NCBI GenBank assembly: GCA_035526805.1
Contig: DATLBQ010000040.1
Coordinates: 1-51,168 of the forward strand
DNA: 51,168 nt
Direction of reading: 5' to 3'
From: Pyrinomonadaceae bacterium
Lineage (GTDB): Bacteria > Acidobacteriota > Blastocatellia > Pyrinomonadales > Pyrinomonadaceae
Part shown: in pieces, positions 9,212 through 18,436 of the stretch
Layout of the letters: each line of letters starts with the position of its first letter
How positions within the stretch are numbered: position 1 is the first letter of the stretch
Made by a program: the position numbers and the translations under genes
The notes under the pieces: model-generated
Seen by the model: only the letters and a program-made list of their open reading frames with translations
The model's database searches: none
What the model was told of the DNA's origin: nothing

Positions 9212-9427
9212 CAGAACCGGAAGCGGTAGCGACCTGCCAGAGGTTCAACTCGAAATTGTGTACATTAATCTAATGAAGGCAGCCACAGTCAGCACCGCCA
9301 CGAACCTCATGCAATATTTAATGGGTCCTCATCTACGGGGCTTCAACCGGCGGCTTCACCGATCGTTTGCAGCACGAGCCCCGCAGTTGCCTTTCTGGCC
9401 GGTCGCTATGGCTACCGGTTCTGATAC
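9212..9427. repeat. family A element, long form
   Basis: Arms cagaaccggaagcggtagcgacctgccagagg (9212-) and ctttctggccggtcgctatggctaccggttctgatac (-9427). Confidence 0.7.
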
Positions 9428-9490
9428 ATGGGAAGCCTTTTTGTGCAAGGCTAGCCGGATATAAGTGTCGCGCATTCAACGGAGATCGTT

Positions 9491-10393
9491 ATGTCTCGAA
9501 ACAAGAAAATCAAGCTCTTGTTGCTGGTAACTGCGACGACATTTGGAACCGTCGTCGCGCAAAAGCCGGCCAAACTCGAGGACCCTGAATGGATCAGTGA
9601 GATCGCTTCAAAGCGAATTGTTTACAACGTTCCTCTCATGAAACGCGTGAGCGTACGAAAGAACCTGACGTACAAGCGTGTTAATGGGGCGGAGCTCAAG
9701 TTGGATGTTTATTCGCTTGCAGCGATGCGCCGCGGACGTCGACCGGCTGTCATCTTCATACACGGCGGCCGCATCCCTCCGAACTTGCTTACTACGCCGA
9801 AGGAATGGGGCGCCTTCGTTTCTTTCGGGCAACTGGTGGCCGCTTCTGGGTTCGTCGGAGTGACCTTCAACCACCGCTTCTACGCCTGGGAAAGCCTGGT
9901 CGACTCTCAAAACGATCTTATGGATCTGATTGCTTACGTCCGGGCGCATGCCGATGAGTTCGGCGTCGATGGCAATCGTATTGTGCTATGGGCGGTTTCG
10001 GCGGGTGGCATCTTCCTTAGCCAACCCTTACGGGACAGACCTCCGTACATCAAATGTCTGGTTGGCTATTACGCGGAATTAGATCTGAGAAATGAACGCG
10101 CGTCGGCGCCTACTTCGGTCAGCGATGAAACCTTGCGGGACTTCTCGCCCGCGTATCACCTTAGCAAAGGCAGTCGTGGCGTCCCTCCGATTTTCATCGC
10201 CAGGGCGGGCCTCGACGACACGACTCTGAACGCCGGTTTGGATCGGTTTGTTCAGGTTGCGTTATCAAGCAACGTAACTCTCGATCTCGCAAATCATGCT
10301 ACGGGTCATCACGGTTTTGATGTAGAAGACGACGACGAGCGTTCGCGCGAGATCCTCAAACGCACGATTGAATTCATTAAGTTGCACAGTTAA
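9491..10393 (+). CDS. alpha/beta hydrolase, hormone-sensitive-lipase-like esterase
   Basis: 300 aa with a signal-like N-terminus. Oxyanion region IFIHGGR, nucleophile elbow AVSAGG (variant of GDSAGG), late Asp (AGLDD) and His (GHHGFD). Confidence 0.8.
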   Translation: MSRNKKIKLLLLVTATTFGTVVAQKPAKLEDPEWISEIASKRIVYNVPLMKRVSVRKNLTYKRVNGAELKLDVYSLAAMRRGRRPAVIFIHGGRIPPNLLTTPKEWGAFVSFGQLVAASGFVGVTFNHRFYAWESLVDSQNDLMDLIAYVRAHADEFGVDGNRIVLWAVSAGGIFLSQPLRDRPPYIKCLVGYYAELDLRNERASAPTSVSDETLRDFSPAYHLSKGSRGVPPIFIARAGLDDTTLNAGLDRFVQVALSSNVTLDLANHATGHHGFDVEDDDERSREILKRTIEFIKLHS

Positions 10394-10457
10394 CGGGCCG
10401 GGGCTTTGCACAGAAAGAGTTCACTCCTCGGCTGTGAAGACTTGAGTTGTGTCGTTA

Positions 10458-10601
10458 TACAGAGTCAGAACCGGCAGCCGTAGCGACCGGGCTGTGTTGG
10501 GTACGCATATCCCAGCCAATAATCAAAAATTTCTTGTTCAAAGAAGGATTCAGGGCTCGTATCGACCCGGTCGCTACGGCTCCCGGTTCCGACTTTGTGT
10601 A
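10458..10601. repeat. family A element
   Basis: Arms tacagagtcagaaccggcagccgtagcgaccggg and cccggtcgctacggctcccggttccgactttgtgta are inverted repeats. Confidence 0.75.
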
Positions 10602-10701
10602 AACATCAGTTTCCGAAACCCCGCCGGAAACTTTTTGTGCAAGGCGGTGGCCGTGAGACGAACGCTTGGCTGAACGGCTGGGCGATAGCGACTCAGCGTC
10701 T

Positions 10702-10819
10702 TACTGGGACCGCGGGCGTCTCGCCCGCACACCGTGGAATGCCATTCTGCCCACGTTAAGTTTTATTGACTCGAGTGAACCTGTAGCTTGATGCGGGCGT
10801 CTCGCCCGCGGTCCCAGTA
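10702..10819. repeat. family B MITE-like element
   Basis: TACTGGGACCGCGGGCGTCTCGCCCGC ... GCGGGCGTCTCGCCCGCGGTCCCAGTA. Each end contains its own GCGGGCG/CGCCCGC mini-hairpin. Confidence 0.8.
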
Positions 10820-10829
10820 GGTAACCGTT

Positions 10830-11171
10830 TCAAGGCTGCAGCATGGGTGGCGGAACAAAAGTTTGTTGGAACCCCAGTGCTGCCGGGAAGAACGCATTCG
10901 TCGGCTTCACTCCAGTTCGCACCCACACATCTATCGCACCCACCGCGGTAAGGAATTGCGTTCCGGTGAAATTGCAGTGTCCGTTTCCATTTGTATAAGT
11001 CTGAAATAGCTGGTCTTCTCTGCCGGCAGCAGTGATGAGTTCAGCATAAACTGATTCGTTTGCTACCACGACCAGCGGATCGATAATGGTGTGCATTAAC
11101 GGGAACAGCAAACTAACTACGAGCAAAATGGCGATAGTTAGAAACAACGCGACTCGGATGGCGGTTTTCAT
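10830..11171 (-). CDS. hypothetical small membrane-anchored protein, possibly a gene remnant
   Basis: 113-aa ORF with one N-terminal TM segment and no motif I can name. It lies in a gene-poor, repeat-rich stretch. Confidence 0.35.
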   Translation of the reverse strand: MKTAIRVALFLTIAILLVVSLLFPLMHTIIDPLVVVANESVYAELITAAGREDQLFQTYTNGNGHCNFTGTQFLTAVGAIDVWVRTGVKPTNAFFPAALGFQQTFVPPPMLQP

Positions 11172-11415
11172 GTGTCTTGCTCCTGTAGGAAAACGCGTTG
11201 TTCATTGGGAAAAACGGAGAATGGGCGGAGACTATCACTTCGCGTTGTTAGCGGCAAGTGATTGGCTGAAAACTAGTGAGCAGCTAACGTACAGAACCGA
11301 GCGCGGTAGCGCCGGATCCTTAAGCAACTTCAGTAACAAACGTGCTGTATGCTTCAGTCATCACTAGAGTAGACTCCAACATCCGGCGCTCCCGCGCTCG
11401 GTTGTGTAAGGGCCT

Positions 11416-11785
11416 TCATCTCTTGCGAACCCATTTCGTAGTAAGGAAGAAGCGGCTGTACTCACCGAAGTCGTTGAACATTTTCTCGGGAATTTCCTGG
11501 TTATCATACCAAGGGCCGGCGACTTTCAAAATGGTCATGTCTGGAAGTTCCAGCCAGCCGCGCACGACATACTTTGCAGTGCCTTTGTGCTTGATGGAAA
11601 TAAGCCGACCAACTATGGAGATCGTGCCGGTCGTAACATCGCTCAGCTTCTTACCGTTTCTTACCTCGAAGAACAATGCCCAACTTATCCGTCTGACCCA
11701 ACGCCGTCTGGGAAATGAATAAGAAAACTAAAGACAAAGTCCACAGGCGGAGACCATTTGGGTGGAGGTATTGGGAGAGCGTCAT
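11416..11785 (-). pseudogene. small secreted protein split across two reading frames (signal peptide in one frame, body in another)
   Basis: ATG at 11785 opens the 44-codon ORF MTLSQYLHPNGLRLWTLSLVFLFISQTALGQTDKLGIVLRGKKR, with its stop at 11651-11653. The 86-codon ORF 11416..11676 continues in the adjacent frame. The two frames are both open over about 60 nt. Confidence 0.3.
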
Positions 11786-11951
11786 GAACAATTCCTTTCA
11801 TTGAGATAGGCCGAGCGGATGCGCCGGAAGCGAGAATCTAACAGCATCTTGTTCTTCTTTTCGATAATGTGCAAACGGCTCACGTTCAAGCATTGTTTTA
11901 TCGTCTGCGCAATGCCGGCATCGACCTTACCAAACCGGATGCAGCACCCAA

Positions 11952-12093
11952 CCAGGGTCAATCTCAGGTACTGATGCAGTTTAGAGTTCAAGCTTTAGCT
12001 TGCGTTTTCGATTGAGAGCCAAAACTGCAGCCTAAAGGCTGAACTCTGAACTGCCAGCCTCAAACTGCATCAGTACCCAATCTCACACCCTGG
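11952..12093. repeat. long imperfect palindrome (arms ggtactgatgcagtttagagttcaagc / gctgaactctgaactg..caaactgcatcagtacc)
   Basis: The outer ccagggt/accctgg and inner arms are complementary. Both arms carry caatctca in the same orientation, giving an internal bubble. Confidence 0.65.
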
Positions 12094-12182
12094 TACTGAG
12101 CGACAAAAACTCTTAACTCCGCTTACTGCTCCGGTGTACACTTTCCACCGCCCAGAATCCCAAACCGAAAGGAAAATGCGCC

Positions 12183-13274
12183 TTGAAAAAGATCACCGTA
12201 GCCCGCTGCTTCGTCTTTATTGTTTTGCTGTTCGCCACTAACAATCGCGCGGGAGCTCAGAACCAACCCACGATCGCCAAAGACTCGGTTCAAGTTACGG
12301 CGTTCACCTTCAACGTCTACAAAGGTAACTTCGACGTCTGGAGTTGGGTGCCGACAATGGAGTATCGCGTCAATGGACCGATCGAAAGCGGCAGTCAGCT
12401 CTACGTGGAATTCGCGCTGCCTACCGGGCCTTGGGTGAAGTTTGATTGCCCCACCGAGAACACACAGGCCGGTTACTGGTGGAAAACCAAGTGTGGTGGA
12501 CGTGACATTCCGGAAGACAAAGGCTCGCTCTACACCGGGCCGGTAAGTTTCGCGATAAAGCTGCGTAATGAATTACAGGGTACAAATGCAACCCTGTTTA
12601 CCGGCAAAATGAAAGTTGCAAAGGCGCGTTCCAACGAGCATGGGCCAAAGGCCGCGAACAAGTTTGTTTATTTCGTGGACCACGATTGGAACCTCCCAAT
12701 TGGTTACGTTTACCTAACCGCCGACGATTTAAAGGGATGGGATTTTCCGGCTTTCAATGTTGCGTTTTGGGTACGCGGCGAAGGGGTGAGAATGGAACCG
12801 CACCTGTTTTACCAGGGCAAAGAAGTTGGCAAGAAGTTCTACGATGGTATGGAAGTCGGCACAGCGGGTTGCGACTCCGAAGTAGACAACAACACCACGC
12901 ATTACGTTGAGGATGCGCTGCCGCAAAAGGCAAAGTGGAGCCGCATAAAATGTAGCTTCCCTAACGTGAAAGGCCGGGACAGAACCGGACAAGAGTACAG
13001 CATGTGGGGACCACCGCATATGCTGGCAGATAATCCCGGTGAGTATGAATTCAAACTACTCTGGAACAACCGTCTGGCGAGATCGATCAAGTTCACGGTC
13101 GCGCCCGGTGGAAAATTCGACAATGGCATCGCCTCCGCCAACAAGCTCGGCAGCGATCGCATCATCTTTCCGGTGCAGATAATTGGAGACCAGGACGGAC
13201 AGTGGGATCGAACTGCGTGGAAGACCGACGCCTTCTACGGAAATCCGCTTACTGGTTTTACGGCGCTGCCGTAG
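12183..13274 (+). CDS. secreted hypothetical protein
   Basis: 363 aa, TTG start with an AAGGA SD sequence upstream, signal peptide ending NRAGAQ. No recognisable catalytic motif. Confidence 0.7.
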   Translation: MKKITVARCFVFIVLLFATNNRAGAQNQPTIAKDSVQVTAFTFNVYKGNFDVWSWVPTMEYRVNGPIESGSQLYVEFALPTGPWVKFDCPTENTQAGYWWKTKCGGRDIPEDKGSLYTGPVSFAIKLRNELQGTNATLFTGKMKVAKARSNEHGPKAANKFVYFVDHDWNLPIGYVYLTADDLKGWDFPAFNVAFWVRGEGVRMEPHLFYQGKEVGKKFYDGMEVGTAGCDSEVDNNTTHYVEDALPQKAKWSRIKCSFPNVKGRDRTGQEYSMWGPPHMLADNPGEYEFKLLWNNRLARSIKFTVAPGGKFDNGIASANKLGSDRIIFPVQIIGDQDGQWDRTAWKTDAFYGNPLTGFTALP

Positions 13275-13395
13275 AGGACAGGAGTCAGTAGTCAGTAGGC
13301 AGCAAAAGGAATCACGCCGACGAGCATCCATTGATACCAACAGGCCTGGTTCTGTCTCATTTCTACTGTTTACTGTCTACTGTCTACCTTTTCCT
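13275..13395. repeat. heptamer-word hairpin (CAGTAG-type words)
   Basis: gtcagtagtcagtaggcag on the left versus ctactgtttactgtctactgtctac on the right. Confidence 0.6.
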
Positions 13396-13397
13396 CC

Positions 13398-14600
13398 ATG
13401 ATCACCAAACAAACCTTCGATGTCGCGGTCGTTGGTGCAGGAGTCTTTGGCGCGTGGACAGCGTACCAACTACGAAGCGCGGGTGCTGAGGTCGTCCTAT
13501 TGGACGCGTATGGGCCGGGAAATAGTCGGTCAAGTTCAGGTGGCGAGTCGCGCATGATTCGCATTGGGTATGGGCCGGATGAGATTTACTCGCGTATGGC
13601 CCTGCGCTCGCTCACGCTATGGCAAGACCTATTCAATCGTATTGGCGCCACGCGAATATCGCCTCGCCTCTTTCAGCCGACCGGAATCCTTTGGTTGGCA
13701 CAGCAGAATGACCCCTATTGTGAGGCGACGCTAGAAACGCTTCGCCGATGCGAAATCAAGTATGAACGCCTGGATCGCTCCGAACTCGTCCGGCGTTATC
13801 CGCAGCTCGAGTTGGGTGAGATTTCGTGGGGCATTCTCGAGCCTGATAGCGGCGTCTTAATGGCGCGTCAGGCAGTGCATGCAGTGGTCGCCCAAGCGCT
13901 GCTCGCAGGCGTTGTTTATCTGAATGAGGCCATCTTGCCGGACATTCCCGCCGGTAAAGCCCCTCGGCTGGACGACCAGCAAAATTGGCAATCGGCTAAG
14001 ACTGTTTCAGGGGAAGAAATCTTGGCTAAGCAATTCGTTTTCGCCTGCGGACCATGGTTACCAGGGCTCTTTCCTACGCTGTTGTCCCAGTTAATTCATG
14101 TAACTAAACAGGAAGTCTTTTTCTTTGGTGTTCCTGAAGGCGATGCCTCACGTCGCTTCGGACCGGAAAGATTGCCGGCATGGATCGACTTTAACGATCT
14201 CGTGTACGGCATTCCTAATCTTGACGGACGCGGTTTCAAGCTTGCGATCGATGCCCATGGTCCGCCATTTGACCCTGACACCAGCGACAGAATGGTATCT
14301 AACGAGGGCCTCGCTGCAGCGCGCGCCTATCTGGCGCAACGCCTGCCGGAGCTCCGGAACGCGCCGGTGATTGAGACGCGCGTCTGTCAATATGAAAACA
14401 CGGCGAACGGCGATTTCCTGATTGACCGCCATCCTGCGATCGAAAATGTTTGGCTGGTAGGCGGTGGGTCCGGCCACGGATTCAAGCACGGGCCTGCCGT
14501 CGGAGAGTATGTAGCGGCGTTGATTTCAGGCGACGTTAAGATCGAACCGCGGTTTACGCTGGCGACTAAGGAAAAGGTGCAACAACGAAAAGTGTACTAA
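13398..14600 (+). CDS. FAD-dependent oxidoreductase, DAO / sarcosine-oxidase-like family
   Basis: 400 aa. N-terminal Rossmann motif VAVVGAGVFGAWTA...LLD. C-terminal GGGSGHGFKHGPAVGE typical of the DAO family. Confidence 0.85.
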   Translation: MITKQTFDVAVVGAGVFGAWTAYQLRSAGAEVVLLDAYGPGNSRSSSGGESRMIRIGYGPDEIYSRMALRSLTLWQDLFNRIGATRISPRLFQPTGILWLAQQNDPYCEATLETLRRCEIKYERLDRSELVRRYPQLELGEISWGILEPDSGVLMARQAVHAVVAQALLAGVVYLNEAILPDIPAGKAPRLDDQQNWQSAKTVSGEEILAKQFVFACGPWLPGLFPTLLSQLIHVTKQEVFFFGVPEGDASRRFGPERLPAWIDFNDLVYGIPNLDGRGFKLAIDAHGPPFDPDTSDRMVSNEGLAAARAYLAQRLPELRNAPVIETRVCQYENTANGDFLIDRHPAIENVWLVGGGSGHGFKHGPAVGEYVAALISGDVKIEPRFTLATKEKVQQRKVY

Positions 14601-15318
14601 TCACGGCCCGGTAAAGGCAGTCTCACGTCTTAGGTGACAAATTCTCTGGGTTACCATATGCGATTAACGGCGTTTACGACGCCACCACCAATCATGTAAG
14701 CATTTATTTTTGGTCAGCTCACGAATTGGGCGGCAGAAGTTATAGATACCACACCTAAAATCCATCGCCGATTTATTTCGAGATTCAACATTCGTCGTTG
14801 CAAGAAGTCTTTGATTAACTGAATTGATCGTCGCGCTGTTCCGGCATGTTTTATTTTTGACCGTTTTGTTGACGGGCTCTCATCATCGATTTAGACTCCG
14901 CTTCATAGACTTGACTGTTGCGCGTGGGTACCAACGTGAGACATCGGGTTAAAACGACGGCGCAATGTTTTTAGGGCGATCCCCTAATGGCATTGCGCCG
15001 TTTGCATATCTGCGCTCCATGTATTTTTTTGAGGCGCGGACGCTTAGCCATTCATCTCGCGATAGCGAGAGGCTCAGCGGGCCGGTTTTGCAGACTTCTG
15101 TAACGCAAACTCTTAGTTTGCGCACGCGTTGAACGCCATTCAGCAAGCAAGCTAACAGTTTGTTTAAAATTAGAACACTGCCGATTGAAATACCTCCCTT
15201 GACTAGCGACCCGGACCGACGTAAGCTCCGCGCGTAATCCGAACCAACAACTTGCCAACGTCTTTAATCTTCAGACGTACATACCGTTCATTCAAAACAA
15301 AGAAGGGAGATTCCAGCC

Positions 15319-16053
15319 ATGGGTCGAATCCTTGCTTTCCTTTACGGAGTGATTTGTTACCTGATCTTCCTCGTAACATTTCTCTACGCGATCGGATTTG
15401 TCGGAAATGTTTTCGTTCCGAAGGCGATCGATACCGGCACCTTAAACAGCCCCCTCAGCGCGGCACTAATCATTGACGCTGTGCTACTAAGTTTGTTTGC
15501 GGTGCAACACAGCGTTATGGCGCGACAATGGTTCAAACGCTCCTGGATCAGGATCGTGCCCCCGCCGGTAGAACGCAGTACCTACGTTTTGCTCGCGAGT
15601 CTTATGTTGCTGCTGCTCTTCTCGCAATGGCAGCCGATGGGACCCATCGTCTGGGACGTGCGCAACCCGACCGGCCACACTCTTCTTCTGGCCCTGTTTT
15701 GGATTGGCTGGGGAGGTGTGCTGGTTTCTACTTACCTGGTCGATCACTTCGCCCTGTTCGGACTGAAGCAGGTCTACAACCATCTCAAGGGTAGAGAGGA
15801 AGCAGCGATACCCTTCAAGTCTCCCGCGCTTTACAAGATGGTGCGGCATCCGCTCTATCTTGGATTTATTGTCGCGTTCTGGAGCACGCCGCGCATGACT
15901 TTTGGCCATTTGTTCTTTGCGATAATGACCACCGGCTACATTCTCGTGGCGATTCAGTTTGAAGAACGAGACCTGATTAGATCCTATGGCGACACTTATC
16001 GGGTTTATCGTCAGCGAGTATCGATGCTGATTCCTATCCCCAGAAAAAGATAG
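15319..16053 (+). CDS. ICMT-family integral-membrane methyltransferase, MddA-like (methanethiol S-methyltransferase family)
   Basis: 244 aa, polytopic. Conserved C-terminal block [27 protein letters not shown]...QFEERDL of the isoprenylcysteine carboxyl methyltransferase superfamily. The overall layout matches MddA-type proteins as I recall them. GGGAG SD sequence upstream. Confidence 0.75.
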   Translation: MGRILAFLYGVICYLIFLVTFLYAIGFVGNVFVPKAIDTGTLNSPLSAALIIDAVLLSLFAVQHSVMARQWFKRSWIRIVPPPVERSTYVLLASLMLLLLFSQWQPMGPIVWDVRNPTGHTLLLALFWIGWGGVLVSTYLVDHFALFGLKQVYNHLKGREEAAIPFKSPALYKMVRHPLYLGFIVAFWSTPRMTFGHLFFAIMTTGYILVAIQFEERDLIRSYGDTYRVYRQRVSMLIPIPRKR

Positions 16054-16116
16054 GAAGCTCGGGTCAGACTCTTCGTTTCCCTGGCTTTGCCCTAACCGTC
16101 CTCCGTGGTGCGCTTT

Positions 16117-16145
16117 GGCTTTGCCGCCCGCTGTGCGGCAAAGCC
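16117..16145. repeat. perfect 11-bp stem hairpin GGCTTTGCCGC-n7-GCGGCAAAGCC
   Basis: Read directly from the sequence. It lies between the methyltransferase stop and the CBM9-like gene start, with no T-tract after it. Confidence 0.7.
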
Positions 16146-16206
16146 GAACCGGACACTGATTATCGCTTTCGAGGCAAAGCTCATCCGTATCACCACAAAT
16201 ATCAGG

Positions 16207-16947
16207 ATGAAAACAAAACTGCCGGTATTGCTCATGGCCCTGGTCATGTTGACTGCCACAGTCATCAGTAGTAGCGGGCAAATCCCGGATGTCCCCGTGT
16301 ATGAAGTGTCACGCACAGCAACGCCGATTAAGGTGGATGGAAAATTGAATGATGCGGTTTGGACCAAGGCGCGCCAGTTTCGTGACTTTCGCTTGAATCT
16401 CGATGGCTCTCTCAGTCCCTACAAAACCGAGGTCAGGTCGCTGTATGACGACACATTTCTTTATTTTTCATTTCGCACCCTTGATGACAATATTTGGGCC
16501 ACCTTAAGAACGCGTGACCAGCATCTCTGGGAGGAAGAGGTGGTAGAAGTGTTTCTGCAAGCCGATCCTCAGCAGGCTAACTACATCGAGTTGGAAGTAA
16601 ATCCCCTTGGAACGATGCTCGATATTTATCTGCTGGATATACGCAAGCCGCTGCGTTACGAGAGTTGGAACAGTCAACAGCTCGAGTGGGCGGTACAGGT
16701 CTTCGGAACGGTGGACGGGAGGAACGGCGATCGGGAGTGGACCTGCGAGATAGCGCTGCCGCTGGCAGATATTGTGACCGCAAAAAATCTTCCGCCTAAG
16801 AATGGGGATCGCTGGAGGTTGAATCTATACAGAGTGGAAATGTTGCCTAATCGCGTGTCACTGGCGTGGTCACCAACATTCAACGATGACTTTCATCTCC
16901 CCGGAAAATTCGGCGAGCTCGTGTTTACTGATCATCTAATTCGGTAG
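16207..16947 (+). CDS. secreted carbohydrate-binding family 9 (CBM9)-like domain protein
   Basis: Start taken at MKTKLPVLLMALVML (signal peptide). Motifs IKVDGKLNDAVW, LYDDTFLYFSF, WEEEVVEVFL, YIELEVNPLG. The ORF-track start at 16105 lies inside a hairpin repeat. Confidence 0.7.
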   Translation: MKTKLPVLLMALVMLTATVISSSGQIPDVPVYEVSRTATPIKVDGKLNDAVWTKARQFRDFRLNLDGSLSPYKTEVRSLYDDTFLYFSFRTLDDNIWATLRTRDQHLWEEEVVEVFLQADPQQANYIELEVNPLGTMLDIYLLDIRKPLRYESWNSQQLEWAVQVFGTVDGRNGDREWTCEIALPLADIVTAKNLPPKNGDRWRLNLYRVEMLPNRVSLAWSPTFNDDFHLPGKFGELVFTDHLIR

Positions 16948-17020
16948 CTACGCACCTTTCGCTCTTTTCTATTCACGATTTACGATTTACTCTGCTCCAC
17001 GATTTTCTTGTTAAGAGTAG

Positions 17021-17581
17021 ATGAACGAAACCGCACATTCCCTACTCACGGCCTGGGAAACTTTCTACGTCATCGTCGGCTCCTCTGGCGCGGCGCTTAC
17101 TGGATTGCAATTTGTGGTGATTGCGCTGGTCGCTGAGTCCCCACGGCGTGCGACCACTAGAGAGATAGAGGCGTTCGGCACCCCGACAACGATTCACTTC
17201 TGCGCGGTGCTGCTGATGTCCGCAATCCTCAGCGCGCCCTGGCAGGGGCTATCGCGCGTCGCAATCGCCCTCGGCGCATGTGGACTTACCGGCGTGCTCT
17301 ACGGCCTCATCGTTGTCCAGCGCGCGCGCCGTCAAACTACCTATCGTCCTGTAGTGGAAGATTGGATCTGGCATGCAGTGCTGCCGCTCATTTCGTACGC
17401 GCTGCTGCTCTTCGCAGCCATCATCCTTCCCAGCTATCCGCGTCGCGTTCTTTTCCTCGTCGCAGCCACCGCTTTGTTACTTCTCTTCATCGGCATCCAC
17501 AACGCCTGGGACACCGTAACCTACATCGCCATCGACCAGGCACAGCCTGACAACAAACAGACTCGCAAACGAAAGCGATAA
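17021..17581 (+). CDS. hypothetical integral membrane protein (about 5 TM)
   Basis: 186 aa with hydrophobic helices throughout and no named motif. Confidence 0.6.
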   Translation: MNETAHSLLTAWETFYVIVGSSGAALTGLQFVVIALVAESPRRATTREIEAFGTPTTIHFCAVLLMSAILSAPWQGLSRVAIALGACGLTGVLYGLIVVQRARRQTTYRPVVEDWIWHAVLPLISYALLLFAAIILPSYPRRVLFLVAATALLLLFIGIHNAWDTVTYIAIDQAQPDNKQTRKRKR

Positions 17582-17727
17582 CCTGGACTTTGCGGTAGTG
17601 CTCTTTAACTAGAATTGATCTTTGGCCGAAGTTTCTCCCGCTAGCGCTACTCGCTGACAAGAAGGCTGGGTAGCAAGGTAGAATTGAAGTGCCTTTGGCG
17701 AACTTATCAGATATCGGACGAGTGTAA

Positions 17728-18390
17728 TTGAAAGTCATCTCTGTGAACGTTGGGCGGCCGCGAATAGTCGAGTACAACGGCGAGCCGGTGGCGACTGGTA
17801 TCTTTAAAGAGCCGGTGCCTGGACCAGTCATGCTGCGCCGCCTCAATCTTGACGGGGACGCACAGGCTGACCTGACGGTTCATGGCGGTGTGAGCAAAGC
17901 GGTCTATGCCTACCCTTCCGAGCATTATGAGTATTGGAATAGAGAACTGCCGTACGATTATTTGAAGGACGGCGAGTTGCCTTATGGAATGTTTGGCGAA
18001 AACTTTACAACCCTTGGACTGCTTGAAGCTGAGGTGAATGTAGGCGATCGCTTTCGTATAGGCGCGGCGGAGTTGATGGCGACTGAGCCCCGTCTGCCTT
18101 GCTACAAGCTGGGGATTAGATTTGGCCGCGCGGATATCATCAAGAGATTTCTGCAAAGTCGCCGCACCGGAATTTATTTTGCGGTGTTAAAAGAAGGTGA
18201 GGTCGCAGCGGGCGACGCAATCGAAGTTATTGAGCGCGATAAAAATAAAATTACTATCAGCGACATCACGCGCTTGTATGCATTTGAGAAGGACGACCTG
18301 GTGACATTACGCCGCGTGGTTAATTTGGAGACTTTATCCGCAAGTTGGCGCGAGTATTTTCTCAATCGGCTGGAAAAACTCGATCATTGA
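17728..18390 (+). CDS. MOSC domain-containing protein (YiiM-like)
   Basis: 220 aa. Motifs GDAQADLTVHGG and GENFTT, conserved Cys in EPRLPCYKL, C-terminal 3-alpha region. TTG start. Confidence 0.85.
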   Translation: MKVISVNVGRPRIVEYNGEPVATGIFKEPVPGPVMLRRLNLDGDAQADLTVHGGVSKAVYAYPSEHYEYWNRELPYDYLKDGELPYGMFGENFTTLGLLEAEVNVGDRFRIGAAELMATEPRLPCYKLGIRFGRADIIKRFLQSRRTGIYFAVLKEGEVAAGDAIEVIERDKNKITISDITRLYAFEKDDLVTLRRVVNLETLSASWREYFLNRLEKLDH

Positions 18391-18436
18391 CTCGAGGGAA
18401 CCCTCCCTCACGGTCGGGCTACTGCCCCCTCCACAC

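Noticed and set aside
10449-10673. ORFs 10449..10673, 9258..9464, 9367..9588 and 3618..3962 as small proteins
   Set aside because: They are translations of the family A and family C repeat elements (RTGSRSDR, RGFTRISA motifs), not genes.
15487-16281. 264-aa ORF on the minus strand
   Set aside because: It is antisense to the ICMT/MddA-like gene and to the 5' end of the CBM9-like gene. It is His/Arg/Gln-rich with no motif, so I treat it as a shadow ORF.
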